Source of the DNA: Anaerolineae bacterium | GTDB lineage: Bacteria; Chloroflexota; Anaerolineae; UBA1429 | Length of the DNA stretch: 64,000 nucleotides | Assembly (NCBI GenBank): GCA_040767425.1 | Contig: JAXGON010000006.1 | Span: forward strand, 54,595-118,594 | Reading direction: 5' to 3' | Shown: piece after piece, positions 44,711 through 54,095 of the stretch | How the letters are laid out: each line of letters starts with the position of its first letter | Numbering within the stretch: the first letter of the stretch is position 1 | Position numbers and translations under genes: made by a program | The notes under the pieces: model-generated | The model's input: only the letters and a program-made list of their open reading frames with translations | What the model was told of the DNA's origin: nothing | Database searches by the model: none

Positions 44711-45574
44711 CTAAGAGGCCGGGGTGTAGCGTCGCCCCACCACCCGCTGGCCTGGGGCTGAGGCGGCCCAGCGGGCCAACGCGCGAGCCTCGGGGGGAGC
44801 GTGTGGGCCAACCACCATGACCACGGCCAGACGCGCCCCGTAAGCGCCCGTCTGTACCGCCTGCGCCGTGGGCTGGATAGAGTCCAGCGACAGCGGGTGG
44901 CATCTGTCGGTGAGCGCCGACTGACCGATCCACCCCAAGGACAGTGGCCGAGAGGCCACTTGGCGACAGATCTCGGCGTCGTTGGGCCAGAGCTCCAGCC
45001 GCGAGCTGAGGCTGTCCAGGCTGAGCGATCCCATCAGCGCCTCGCGGGAAGGCGCGCCCTCTCCCCGGCCAAGCAGCTCGATGCTCCCCTGACCCGAGCC
45101 GAGCTCTTCCCAGGTCTGGATCTCGCCGCTTAGGACCTGGGCGACGGTGTCGCTATCCAGGCCCGGCATCTGGCGGAGGGGATGCGTCACCAAGACCACC
45201 GCCTCCCACCCGATCAGGATCGCCTCGGCCTCTCCCCAGGCCGGCGGTGGGTTGAACGCTTTGCTGGGCTGGATGGACAGCAACACGATACCCAGGTCGG
45301 CCTGAGACGTCAGCACCGCGTCAGCGACCTGAGCCGAGTCCATGAGCGTGATCTCGGGCGTCAAGGGGCGCACTGCTGCGGCGTAGGCGTCCGCGAGCTC
45401 GTGAGCCAGGCTCTGCGCATCCAGGGGCGTCGCGATCCGGGCGACTTTGTCAGTTGGCGCCGGGGCAACTGCTGCGCGCTCTAGAGAGGGAGGCGGTGAC
45501 TCTTGGGCCAGCATGCCAGCGGCGGCGATCAGGAGAGCCGCCGCTAGCACAGAATCCCACCCAGAGCGCGACAT
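44711..45574 (-). CDS. PstS-like periplasmic-binding-protein fold, divergent
   Basis: N-terminal hydrophobic segment; IGWEAVVLVTHP, LSGEIQTWEELG and SLGWIG resemble the PBP_like_2 family. Confidence 0.65.
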   Translation of the reverse strand: MSRSGWDSVLAAALLIAAAGMLAQESPPPSLERAAVAPAPTDKVARIATPLDAQSLAHELADAYAAAVRPLTPEITLMDSAQVADAVLTSQADLGIVLLSIQPSKAFNPPPAWGEAEAILIGWEAVVLVTHPLRQMPGLDSDTVAQVLSGEIQTWEELGSGQGSIELLGRGEGAPSREALMGSLSLDSLSSRLELWPNDAEICRQVASRPLSLGWIGQSALTDRCHPLSLDSIQPTAQAVQTGAYGARLAVVMVVGPHAPPEARALARWAASAPGQRVVGRRYTPAS

Positions 45575-45579
45575 ATGAC

Positions 45580-46386
45580 CTAGCTGACCAGTGCGAGAAC
45601 TAGCCCTGCCAGGCCTACCGCCCAGCAATAGTAGGCAAATGGTTTGAGGCTGTGTTGCTTCACGAGGCGCATCAACAGGCCGATGGCTAGCAGCCCGCTG
45701 ACTGTTGCTGCCACAAAGCCAAGACCCAGCTCCAGCGAGGCGCCTTGCAGGCTGCCGGCACTTGCGGCTTTGAACACCTGCAGCGCGCCCGCGCCCAGGA
45801 TGATGGGCACCGACATGAGGAACGCGAATCGCGCCGCGGCCTCGCCCTTGAGCCCACGAAAAAGGCCGGCGGACATGGTGGTGCCTGAGCGTGACAGGCC
45901 CGGGGCAATGGCCGCCGCCTGCGCCAGGCCGATCCACAGCGCATCGGGCCAGCGGATGCTATCCATGGTGCGCTCACGGCGGCCCACGCGATCGCTGATG
46001 TATAGCAGAGCGCCCGTGACGAGCAAGAACCCGGCGGCGTATGGGGGTTTGGCGAACAAGGACTCGAACAGATCCTCGAGCAGGAACCCGATGATGGCGC
46101 CCGGCACCGCGCTCAGGATCAACAGCCAGGCTAGATCATCCTCAGGTCCCCGGCGTTTGCGGGTGAGTCCGCGCCAGGCGCCGCGCACCAGCTCCACCAG
46201 GTCTCGCCAAAAGTAGACCACCACGGCGATGCAGGTGGCCAAATGCACCATCGTGTCATAGAGCAACGAGGTGTCTGGCCAGCCCAGGGCCCACGGCACC
46301 AGAACGAGGTGCCCTGAACTGCTTACGGGTAGAAACTCGGTTGCTCCCTGAAGGATGCCCAGCAGTACCGCGTGCCAAGGCGACAT
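45580..46386 (-). CDS. uppP: undecaprenyl-diphosphate phosphatase
   Basis: QGATEFLPVSSSGH and PGLSRSGTT. Confidence 0.96.
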   Translation of the reverse strand: MSPWHAVLLGILQGATEFLPVSSSGHLVLVPWALGWPDTSLLYDTMVHLATCIAVVVYFWRDLVELVRGAWRGLTRKRRGPEDDLAWLLILSAVPGAIIGFLLEDLFESLFAKPPYAAGFLLVTGALLYISDRVGRRERTMDSIRWPDALWIGLAQAAAIAPGLSRSGTTMSAGLFRGLKGEAAARFAFLMSVPIILGAGALQVFKAASAGSLQGASLELGLGFVAATVSGLLAIGLLMRLVKQHSLKPFAYYCWAVGLAGLVLALVS

Positions 46387-46397
46387 TTCCGATACTC

Positions 46398-47600
46398 CTA
46401 TGCGTCGGTGTTGCGGCTTGCTCGGAACGCGTCGCGATTGGCGCGGCGGGCATGAGCGTCGGCGGTCTGGTAGGTGGCGAGAAAGGTATCGTGAAAGGCG
46501 CTGAAACGGTCCTCCAGGATGGCCTGACGCACGTCTCGGGCCAGCCTGAGCATAAAGGCCAGGTTGTGAATGGTGTTCAGCCTGGCGGCCAGGATCTCTT
46601 GGGCGATGATGAGATGCCGCAGGTAGGCGCGGGAAAAGCTGCGGCAGGTGTAGCAGTCGCAATCCGCCTGAATCGGCCTGGGATCCTCACGGAACTGGGC
46701 GTTACGCAGGTTCACGCGTCCCTCTGGCGTGAACACCGCGCCGTTGCGCGCGAGGCGGGTGGCCAAGACGCAGTCAAACATGTCGACGCCGAGGGCCACG
46801 CACTGGACGATATCCTCGGGCGAGCCGACGCCCATCAGATAACGCGGCTTGGCGGCGGGCATGATGGGGTTCAGCACGCGCAGGATGCGGTGCATGTCGG
46901 CCTTGCTTTCGCCCACGCTGAGCCCACCGATGGCATAGCCTGGAAAGCCCAGCGAGGCTAGATGGGCGGCGCTTTGGGCCCGCAGGTCGGCATGGATGCC
47001 CCCCTGCACGATGCCGAACAGCGCTTGGTCGGGCCGCTGGTGGGCCTGGAGGCAGCGTTCGGCCCACAGGTGGGTGCGGCGCAGGGCCTCGCGGTTGTAG
47101 GCATGGTCCTCGGGCTCGGCGCACTCGTCGAGCACCATGGCGATATCCGATCCCAACTGCTCCTGGATGCGCACCACGCTTTCGGGCGTAAAGCGATGGG
47201 TGGAGCCGTCGATATGCGAGCGAAAGGTGACGCCGTCGTCGTCAACCTGGCGCAGGTCGCGCAGGCTAAAGACCTGGTATCCCCCGCTGTCGGTGAGGAT
47301 GGGGCGGTGCCACCCCATGAAAGCATGGAGGCCGCCCATGCGCTCGACCAGATCGGCCCCTGGGCGCAGATAGAGGTGGTAGGTGTTGCCAAGGATCATG
47401 GGCGTGTCCAGCTCGGCTAGGTCGCGCGGATCCAGCGACTTGACCGTGGCTTGGGTGCCCACAGGACAGTAGACGGGCGTGGGTACGTCACCATGCGCCG
47501 TGTGCAGAATCCCTGCACGGGCGCCCGTCTGTCGATCAGTGTGGATCAGCTCAAAGCTGAAAGGCGTCGAGCCCCTATGAGTCAAGTGATCTGGTTGCAT
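46398..47600 (-). CDS. tgt: tRNA-guanine(34) transglycosylase
   Basis: NTYHL, TDSGGYQ, DEC, GGLSVGE, YLMGVG, DMFDC and Zn CDCYTC. Confidence 0.97.
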   Translation of the reverse strand: MQPDHLTHRGSTPFSFELIHTDRQTGARAGILHTAHGDVPTPVYCPVGTQATVKSLDPRDLAELDTPMILGNTYHLYLRPGADLVERMGGLHAFMGWHRPILTDSGGYQVFSLRDLRQVDDDGVTFRSHIDGSTHRFTPESVVRIQEQLGSDIAMVLDECAEPEDHAYNREALRRTHLWAERCLQAHQRPDQALFGIVQGGIHADLRAQSAAHLASLGFPGYAIGGLSVGESKADMHRILRVLNPIMPAAKPRYLMGVGSPEDIVQCVALGVDMFDCVLATRLARNGAVFTPEGRVNLRNAQFREDPRPIQADCDCYTCRSFSRAYLRHLIIAQEILAARLNTIHNLAFMLRLARDVRQAILEDRFSAFHDTFLATYQTADAHARRANRDAFRASRNTDA

Positions 47601-47606
47601 GCGGCG

Positions 47607-47615
47607 ATTATAGCA
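47607..47615 (-). promoter_or_regulatory. extended -10 giving a probably leaderless tgt mRNA
   Basis: TGCTATAAT-cgccgc-ATG with no SD. Confidence 0.6.
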
Positions 47616-47649
47616 CGGCGAGGATGGCTGCTGAAACGTGCCTGGTCGG

Positions 47650-47874
47650 CTATCGGCGGCAGCCAGCGCAACTGGAGGCCGCGCAGCCCGCGCACCCGCC
47701 GCCCGAGCCAGCCGAGGAGCGCTCTCCGCCCGTGCAGGCAAAGGTGGAGAGAAGGCGCTTTGAGCGAGTGCTTTCGCAGGCCGGGCAGGGCGTGGGATCA
47801 TCAGCCTCGGCAAAGGGACGACGACGATCGTGGCGGTGTCCACAGTCCTGGCAACGGTATTCATAGAGTGGCAT
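47650..47874 (-). CDS. FmdB-family zinc-ribbon protein with Cys-rich tail
   Basis: MPLYEYRCQDCG...CPACES; AAGGAG RBS. Confidence 0.88.
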   Translation of the reverse strand: MPLYEYRCQDCGHRHDRRRPFAEADDPTPCPACESTRSKRLLSTFACTGGERSSAGSGGGCAGCAASSCAGCRR

Positions 47875-47917
47875 GGTATCGGCTCCTTGCTGGATGCATT
47901 CGGGTCCGGGCCGAGCA

Positions 47918-49120
47918 TCACGTCGCGGCTAGGGCGTGGCGGATCACGCTGCCCAGGGCGCGAACCCCCTCGCCGATGCGCTCTGGCGTCAACGTGGCAA
48001 AGGTCAGTCGCAGGCAGTTGCCGCCGCGGCCATCGACGTGAAAGGGCGCACCAGGCACAAAGACGACCTTGTGTTCCACCGCCTTGGCGAGCAGCGCGGT
48101 GGTGTCTACCTGCTCGGGCAATCGCAGCCACAGGAACAGCCCCCCTTGTGGGACGGCAAAGGTGACGCCGGCGGGCAGTTCTTGGTGCAGGGCGGCCACC
48201 ATGGCGTCGCGGCGTTGCTGGTAGGTTGCGCGGATGCGGTCGATCTGCTCGTCGAGCCAACCGCGTTCCATGAACCCGATGGCGATGGCTTGTGAGAGGC
48301 TGCTGCTGTGCAGATCGGCGCCCTGCTTGGCCATCACCATCTGCTGCGCTACGCCGGGTGGGCACACGGCCCAGGCCAACCGCAGCCCTGGGGCCAAGGT
48401 CTTGGAAAAGGTTCCCAGGTAGATCACCGCATTGCGGGTCGGGTCGAGGGCCGCCAGAGGCGTGGCCGTCGCGCCCTCGTAGGCTAGCTCGCCATAGGGA
48501 TCGTCCTCGACGATCGGCGTGCCCGCCTCGGCCAACACTTGGAGCACCTCGTGGCGGCGGTCCAGCGGCATGGTCGCGCCAGTGGGATTCTGAAAGGTGG
48601 GGATCAGGTAGGCGCACTTGGCTCTCGCATCCCTGGCGGCAGTCGCCAAGGCATCGGGCTGGACGCCATCGTCGTCCATCGGCACGCCGGTGAACTCGGC
48701 CCCATAGGCTCGAAACGATTGAAGCGCGCCCACAAAGGTGGGGTTCTCGACCAGCACGCGGTCGCCAGAGTCCAGCAGAATGCGCCCGACCAGATCCAGG
48801 GCTTGTTGTGATCCCGTGGTGATGACGATATCGTCGGCGCTGCAGGCGATCCCCTTGGCGCGCATGCGTTCCGCCAGCAAGGTGCGCAACTCGACCAACC
48901 CTTGGGTGGGCCCGTACTGCAACGCTAGCTGCGGGCGCTCCGCCAATGCCTCCTCGACAATGATGGCCATGCGCTCGGTAGGGAACAGCGCCGCGTCGGG
49001 CCACCCGCCGGACATGGAGATGGCATCGGGCGACTGCGCCGTCTTGAGAATGTCGCGGATCACCGACGTGGTCATGCCGGCCAGTCGGGTGGCGTAACGT
49101 GTGTTCCAATTCATGCTCAT
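47918..49120 (-). CDS. PLP-dependent class I aminotransferase (LysN/ARO8-like)
   Basis: YGPTQG, GSQQALD, PTFQNPTG, EDDPY and TFSKTLAPGLR. Confidence 0.95.
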   Translation of the reverse strand: MSMNWNTRYATRLAGMTTSVIRDILKTAQSPDAISMSGGWPDAALFPTERMAIIVEEALAERPQLALQYGPTQGLVELRTLLAERMRAKGIACSADDIVITTGSQQALDLVGRILLDSGDRVLVENPTFVGALQSFRAYGAEFTGVPMDDDGVQPDALATAARDARAKCAYLIPTFQNPTGATMPLDRRHEVLQVLAEAGTPIVEDDPYGELAYEGATATPLAALDPTRNAVIYLGTFSKTLAPGLRLAWAVCPPGVAQQMVMAKQGADLHSSSLSQAIAIGFMERGWLDEQIDRIRATYQQRRDAMVAALHQELPAGVTFAVPQGGLFLWLRLPEQVDTTALLAKAVEHKVVFVPGAPFHVDGRGGNCLRLTFATLTPERIGEGVRALGSVIRHALAAT

Positions 49121-50052
49121 GGTGTGGGTGTGCTCCTTGGTGCGGATCGGCGCAGGCTCTTGGTGATGTGGGGCGACGCAATGGCCATGCCGGCCAGGAT
49201 CAGCAGGCCGCCAACGACGGCCAGGGCGCCGGGGCGTTCTCCCAGCACGGCCCAGGCCAGCAGCGTCGCCCCGATGGGCTCGCCCAGCATGGCGACCGCC
49301 ACCAAGACCGGCGTCACGTGTCGCACCGCCCAGTTGAACGACGAATGGCCGACGATCTGTGGCAGCAGCGCCAAGGCGACCAACCACAGGTAGGTCTCGC
49401 GCGAGTACCCGAACAGCGGCTGTCGCGCCACGAGGCAGACGACGACGAGCGCGACGCCTGCGATGCTATAGCAGGGCCACACATAGGCCCACGTTGATAA
49501 ACGCTGGCGTAGGCGACGGCCGATCAGCAGATAGACCGAGACGGCCGCCGCGCCCGTGAGCGCCAACAGATTGCCCCACAAGGCTCTGCCGGCCAGGGCT
49601 AGGTCGCCGTATCCCACCACGGCGCTGCCGACGACGGCTAGGGCGATGGCAGCCACCGTTACACCGCTGATGCGCTCATCCAGCAGCCAGTGCGACGCCG
49701 CCGCCAGGATGATGGGGCTGCTGCTGACCAGGATGACCGAGCTGGCCACCGTGGTATACGACAGCGATGTGATCCAGGCGGCGAAATGGGCCGCCAGCGC
49801 CAATCCGGAGGCGACCAAAAGCCAGCGGTCGCCGCGTGAGAGGTCGCGCCAGCCCTGCACACTCGCCTGCCAGGCGAACGGGGCCAACAGCGCGCCAGCC
49901 AGCCCCAGCCGCCACGCACCGATGGCCAGTGGCGGGGCCTGGGCGAGGCGAATCAGCACCGAGGCCGACGAGGCCGCGAGGATCCCCACGGCCAGAATCG
50001 CCCATCCGTACGTCTGGTGCCCGCGCTCGGCTGGTCCTGTTGTTGGTACCAT
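49117..50052 (-). CDS. DMT/EamA family transporter
   Basis: two EamA repeats, about 10 TM segments, GEPIGA motif. Confidence 0.92.
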   Translation of the reverse strand: MVPTTGPAERGHQTYGWAILAVGILAASSASVLIRLAQAPPLAIGAWRLGLAGALLAPFAWQASVQGWRDLSRGDRWLLVASGLALAAHFAAWITSLSYTTVASSVILVSSSPIILAAASHWLLDERISGVTVAAIALAVVGSAVVGYGDLALAGRALWGNLLALTGAAAVSVYLLIGRRLRQRLSTWAYVWPCYSIAGVALVVVCLVARQPLFGYSRETYLWLVALALLPQIVGHSSFNWAVRHVTPVLVAVAMLGEPIGATLLAWAVLGERPGALAVVGGLLILAGMAIASPHITKSLRRSAPRSTPTP

Positions 50053-50058
50053 GGGGCG

Positions 50059-50108
50059 ATTCTACGCCCGTCGCCCATGATGGGCAAAAGCAGCGTCCAT
50101 GGTACAAT
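50059..50108. promoter_or_regulatory. divergent -10 elements for the DMT gene (leaderless) and mutL
   Basis: minus TAGAAT-cgcccc-ATG (50064-50050); plus TGgTACAAT (50100-50108). Confidence 0.5.
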
Positions 50109-50146
50109 GCCAGCGAATCCTCTGAACAAGATCAAGGAGCCCATCG

Positions 50147-51877
50147 GTGCCCATTCGCCTGCTCCCGCCCGAGATAGCCAGCAAGATCGCCGCTGGCGAG
50201 GTGATCGAACGTCCCGTGTCGGTGGTCAAGGAGCTGATCGAAAACGCCATCGACGCCGAGGCCACTCGCATCGACGTGAGCATTGAGCAGGGCGGCCGGC
50301 GGTTGATCCGCGTGGAGGACGATGGCGTAGGCATCCCAGCCGATGAGGTGGGGCTGGCGTTCCGTCGCCATGCCACCAGCAAGCTGGCCTCAGCCGACGA
50401 TCTCTATGACATCAGAACCTTGGGCTTCCGTGGTGAGGCGCTGGCCAGTATCGCGGCTGTTTCACACGTGACCCTCTCGACCAAGTCGGCCGGCGATGCC
50501 GCCGGCACGCGCGTCCGCGTGGAAGGTGGCAGGGTCGCGCGCAGCGAGGCTGTGGGGCGCCCCAGCGGTACCAGCGTCACCGTGGAGCACCTCTTTTTCA
50601 ACACGCCTCCCCGGCTCAAGTTCCTGCGAACCGACGCGACCGAGGCCGGCCATGTGGCCCGCCTGGTCAGCGCCTATGCCCTGGCGTTCCCGTCCTTGCG
50701 GTTCAGCCTGACGCACCAGGGGCGTTCGGTGATCTCGACGACCGGCACGGGAGCGCTCTATGATGCCATCGTGGCCGTGTATGGGCTGGACGTGGCCGAG
50801 GCGATGCTGGAGATCCCCGCCGATGACCGTCACGAGATCGCCGTGTGGGGCTATGTCAGCGGACCCTCCATCCATCGCTCAAGCCGGCAGGATATCACCC
50901 TGTTGGTGAACCGTCGCTGGATTCAGGACAACTCACTTTCCTATGCGATCAGCGAGGCCTATCAGTCACTGTTGCCCCAACGGCGGCATCCGGTGGTGGT
51001 CCTGAACATTACCTTGCCGCCTCGCGATGTGGACGTCAACGTGCACCCGACCAAGCGTGAGGTCCGGTTCCAACGGCCGCGAGACGTGTTCGTGGCGGTG
51101 CAGCGGGCCGTGCGGACCACGCTGATGGCGCAGGGCAATGTGCCGATCATCGCGCACATTGGCGGGCGCGGCGACTGGCCCTCTCCCCGCGATGGCGCTG
51201 ATCGATCGCCAACGCTGTTGCTGCCCGATGAAGGACGCGCCGGCGATGTGACGCGTGGGTCTTGGGAGGCACCGAACACCCCAGGTGAGCTGGTGGGCGG
51301 CGAACGGCTGCCCATGCTGCGGGTCATCGGGCAGTTGGCCCAGACCTATGTGTTGGCCGAAGGTCCCGGCGGGCTCTATCTGATCGATCAGCACGCCGCG
51401 CATGAGCGTATTCGCTACGAGGAGCTATCCAAACAGGCCGAGCGTGCCGCGGTCGTGTCGCAGGATCTCCTGGAGCCACGCGTTGTCGAGCTCGCTCCCC
51501 GGTTGGCCGAGTTGGTCGAGGAGCATCTGGACGAGCTAGCTCGCGTCGGGCTGATCCTTGCGCCTTTTGGCAGCGGCACCGTGTTGGTTCGTGCCGTGCC
51601 TCCACACCTAGTTAGCGGCGACGTGGTCGCTGCTCTGACCGAGCTGGTGGAGGCGGCTGAGGAGGGCGGCGAGGCCTTTTCCTGGCTGGATCAGGCCCTG
51701 GTGACGCTCTCTTGTCACACGGCTATCCGGGCTGGGCAGACCCTCTCTCTGGACGAGATGCGCGATCTGGTACGCAGCTTGGAGCGATGCGATCTTCCTC
51801 ACACCTGCCCGCACGGGAGACCGACCTTGGTCCAGATGACCCGCGCCCAACTGGAGCGCGAGTTTGCCCGGCGGTGA
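50147..51877 (+). CDS. mutL: DNA mismatch repair endonuclease MutL
   Basis: IAAGEVIERP, GFRGEAL, DVNVHPTKREV, DQHAAHERIRYE and CPHGRP. Confidence 0.98.
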   Translation: MPIRLLPPEIASKIAAGEVIERPVSVVKELIENAIDAEATRIDVSIEQGGRRLIRVEDDGVGIPADEVGLAFRRHATSKLASADDLYDIRTLGFRGEALASIAAVSHVTLSTKSAGDAAGTRVRVEGGRVARSEAVGRPSGTSVTVEHLFFNTPPRLKFLRTDATEAGHVARLVSAYALAFPSLRFSLTHQGRSVISTTGTGALYDAIVAVYGLDVAEAMLEIPADDRHEIAVWGYVSGPSIHRSSRQDITLLVNRRWIQDNSLSYAISEAYQSLLPQRRHPVVVLNITLPPRDVDVNVHPTKREVRFQRPRDVFVAVQRAVRTTLMAQGNVPIIAHIGGRGDWPSPRDGADRSPTLLLPDEGRAGDVTRGSWEAPNTPGELVGGERLPMLRVIGQLAQTYVLAEGPGGLYLIDQHAAHERIRYEELSKQAERAAVVSQDLLEPRVVELAPRLAELVEEHLDELARVGLILAPFGSGTVLVRAVPPHLVSGDVVAALTELVEAAEEGGEAFSWLDQALVTLSCHTAIRAGQTLSLDEMRDLVRSLERCDLPHTCPHGRPTLVQMTRAQLEREFARR

Positions 51878-51969
51878 GAGCGAAACCTCCCCATCAGCGC
51901 CGCGTATAGGGGCTGAGGAATGGCAAGGCGGCTAGCATCTGAGGTGCCGCTGGTGAGTGAGGTGACGCG

Positions 51970-52383
51970 ATGAGACTGACCCGAAGTAGCGACGACAAGA
52001 TCCTCGGCGGCGTGTGCGGCGGCATCGCCCGCTATCTGGGGGTGGACCCCCTGCTGATTCGCATCCTGTTTGTGCTCCTGGCCCTGGCCAATGGTCTAGG
52101 GGTGCTGCCCTACTTTGTCCTGTGGGTGGTGCTGCCCGTCGGCGAGCCGAGTGAAAAGGCCCCCGCGATGGATCCGTTTGGCCGTCGCGAGCCTGTGAAC
52201 ACCGTCGCCCAGCCCGCCAATCGGGCCATGGTCGGTGGAGCCGTCCTGGTGGTCGTGGGCTTGCTCCTGCTGCTCAAGAACCTGGGCGCGCTGTGGTGGT
52301 TCCGCTGGGACATGGTGGCGCCGCTGATGCTGATCGTGGTGGGCGCGATTGTGGTGATGGGTGCGTTGCGAGACGACGACTAG
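51970..52383 (+). CDS. PspC-domain membrane protein
   Basis: RLTRS.DDKILGGVCGGIARYLG; C-terminal LiaF-like TM pair. Confidence 0.9.
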   Translation: MRLTRSSDDKILGGVCGGIARYLGVDPLLIRILFVLLALANGLGVLPYFVLWVVLPVGEPSEKAPAMDPFGRREPVNTVAQPANRAMVGGAVLVVVGLLLLLKNLGALWWFRWDMVAPLMLIVVGAIVVMGALRDDD

Positions 52384-52401
52384 GCCACGGCCCGACCGGA
52401 G

Positions 52402-52432
52402 AGCGGCGCTCATACGAGCGCCGCTTTATGTT
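52402..52432 (+). terminator. intrinsic terminator
   Basis: AGCGGCGCTC-ATAC-GAGCGCCGCT then TTATGTTT. Confidence 0.8.
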
Positions 52433-52448
52433 TGTGCCCCAGGTTGCG

Positions 52449-52477
52449 TTGACGATCGGCGGGGCCTGGGCTAGACT
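52449..52477 (+). promoter_or_regulatory. sigma70-type promoter
   Basis: TTGACG-N17-TAGACT. Confidence 0.65.
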
Positions 52478-52518
52478 CTGGTCACGGGTTGGTGTGTATG
52501 AGGGGATAGGCGGTAAGT

Positions 52519-52791
52519 GTGGAAGAGACGCGTGAACAGCTACGCGCCCAGATCCAGGCCAGGCTACGCCGGGTTGAGGGCCAGATCCGTGGGATCCAGA
52601 AAATGGTCGATGAGGGGCGCGAGTGCGAGGCGGTGGTCACCCAGTTGATGGCCGCCCGTGCTGCGCTGGACAAGGCCAGCCTGTTGATCCTCAAGCACCA
52701 GATCGTCTACTGCCTCAAAGAGGCGCCCGACCAGGAGGCCGACCTCGACCGGCTACTGGAGTTCCTGCTGCATCTCACCTCCGAGGGCTAG
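52519..52791 (+). CDS. CsoR/RcnR/CstR family transcriptional repressor
   Basis: RLRRVEGQIRGIQKM...C..V.TQL.A. Confidence 0.92.
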   Translation: MEETREQLRAQIQARLRRVEGQIRGIQKMVDEGRECEAVVTQLMAARAALDKASLLILKHQIVYCLKEAPDQEADLDRLLEFLLHLTSEG

Positions 52792-53180
52792 AGCAGGGTG
52801 GGTTGACCTTTGCGATGGTCGCTGGGGTCGATGATCTCGCCCAGCAGCGGCATCCCCCGCTGGAGCGCCAGGCGGGCGACCTCGTGCCGGGCACGGTACC
52901 TGGCGTCGGGCGCAAGGTTGGCGGGGAGAGCGAGGCTGGCGTGCAGACAGCGGGGCGAGAGGCCGTGGGCGGGGAGCTGATGTGCCAGGATGGCATAGAG
53001 CAAGCTGGCGAGATCAGCGTCGCTGAGCCAGGCTAGGGGATGGCGCCGGCAGTGCTGGGGCAGCTCGTGCACGCAGGCTTCGAACAGGGCTCGAAGGCCC
53101 TCGGGTCCCGGCCAGGAGCGGGTCGTCGGCGGCGGATCAAAGCGGGCGATGGTAGAGTCGAACCGGCTGAGGCTTGCCAT
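52788..53180 (-). CDS. hypothetical protein
   Basis: GGAGG RBS, high GC3 and its own promoter; no recognisable motif. Confidence 0.7.
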   Translation of the reverse strand: MASLSRFDSTIARFDPPPTTRSWPGPEGLRALFEACVHELPQHCRRHPLAWLSDADLASLLYAILAHQLPAHGLSPRCLHASLALPANLAPDARYRARHEVARLALQRGMPLLGEIIDPSDHRKGQPTLL

Positions 53181-53242
53181 GGTCGCGCACCGCCTCCCGG
53201 CTTGGGCCGGGGCCGCGCTGCAGGGGATCTGCGGACAGGCCG

Positions 53243-53272
53243 GTTATAGGCAACGCTTGGCTGGCTTGTCAA
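53243..53272 (-). promoter_or_regulatory. sigma70-type promoter
   Basis: TTGACA-N18-TATAAC. Confidence 0.6.
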
Positions 53273-53288
53273 TGGCTAGCAGGCGGGT

Positions 53289-54095
53289 TCAGCCGGGGGC
53301 GACGGCCTCGCCATACTCAGCCAGGTCCAGTGGGGGGATGTCGGCGTCTGGATCTGGCTCTCGGGCCTCCAGATGGATCTCTCCAAAGGGGCTGTCTTGC
53401 GCCACGCGCAGGCGCTGCCGACGAATCATCTCGAGCATGGCCAGAAAGGTCACGATGATCTCCAGCCGCGACCGAGCGCGCCGCATCAGGGTGGAAAAGC
53501 GCAATCGCCGATAGCGAGCCAACAGGCGCTCGATGGTGTCGATGCAGTCCTGAATGCGCACGGGGGCAGGCGCCACGACCTCGTCCACCACGGGAAGGGG
53601 TGGGTGGGCCTCTAGCGCCTGGGCAAAAGCCATGAGCAGGTCGGTCAGGGTGGCATCTCCCGGATGGAGGCGCGGCTCGATCCGGGGCGGGGGCGCCAGT
53701 CGCGGATAGACCCGCTGGCCGCGTTCCTCGATCTCGCGGAGCTCGCTGGCGACCTCTTTGAAGCGCTTGTACTCCAAGAGCTGCTGGGCCAGCTCTTCAC
53801 CGAGGTCCTCTTGCTCCTCAGCCGGCTCGTCCTCTGGCTGCGGCAGCAGCGAGCGCGACTTGATGACCAGGAGTTTGGCAGCGATCACCATGAATCCGGC
53901 CAGATCGCCGGCGGTTACCTCGCGCAGGGCGGCGATGTGGGCCAGGTACTGGTCCGTCACCAGGGCCAGCGAGACCTTGGTGATCTCGAGTTCCTCGCGC
54001 TCGATCAGGCGCAAGAGGAGTTCCAGCGGCCCCTCGAACACCTCCAGGTTGACCCGATAGGCCTGCAGCGCTGCGCCGCGTAGGGTTGCCATCAT
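53289..54095 (-). CDS. scpA: segregation and condensation protein A (kleisin)
   Basis: FEGPLELLLRLI, KSRSLLP, LLEYKRFKE and VTFLAMLEM. Confidence 0.95.
   Translation of the reverse strand: MMATLRGAALQAYRVNLEVFEGPLELLLRLIEREELEITKVSLALVTDQYLAHIAALREVTAGDLAGFMVIAAKLLVIKSRSLLPQPEDEPAEEQEDLGEELAQQLLEYKRFKEVASELREIEERGQRVYPRLAPPPRIEPRLHPGDATLTDLLMAFAQALEAHPPLPVVDEVVAPAPVRIQDCIDTIERLLARYRRLRFSTLMRRARSRLEIIVTFLAMLEMIRRQRLRVAQDSPFGEIHLEAREPDPDADIPPLDLAEYGEAVAPG

Noticed and set aside
50147-51877. mutL without mutS or mutH nearby
   Set aside because: The endonuclease motifs show ordinary MutH-independent repair, and unlinked mutS is common.
53289-54095. scpA without adjacent scpB or smc
   Set aside because: Split smc/scpA/scpB loci are common; nothing unusual in the sequence.
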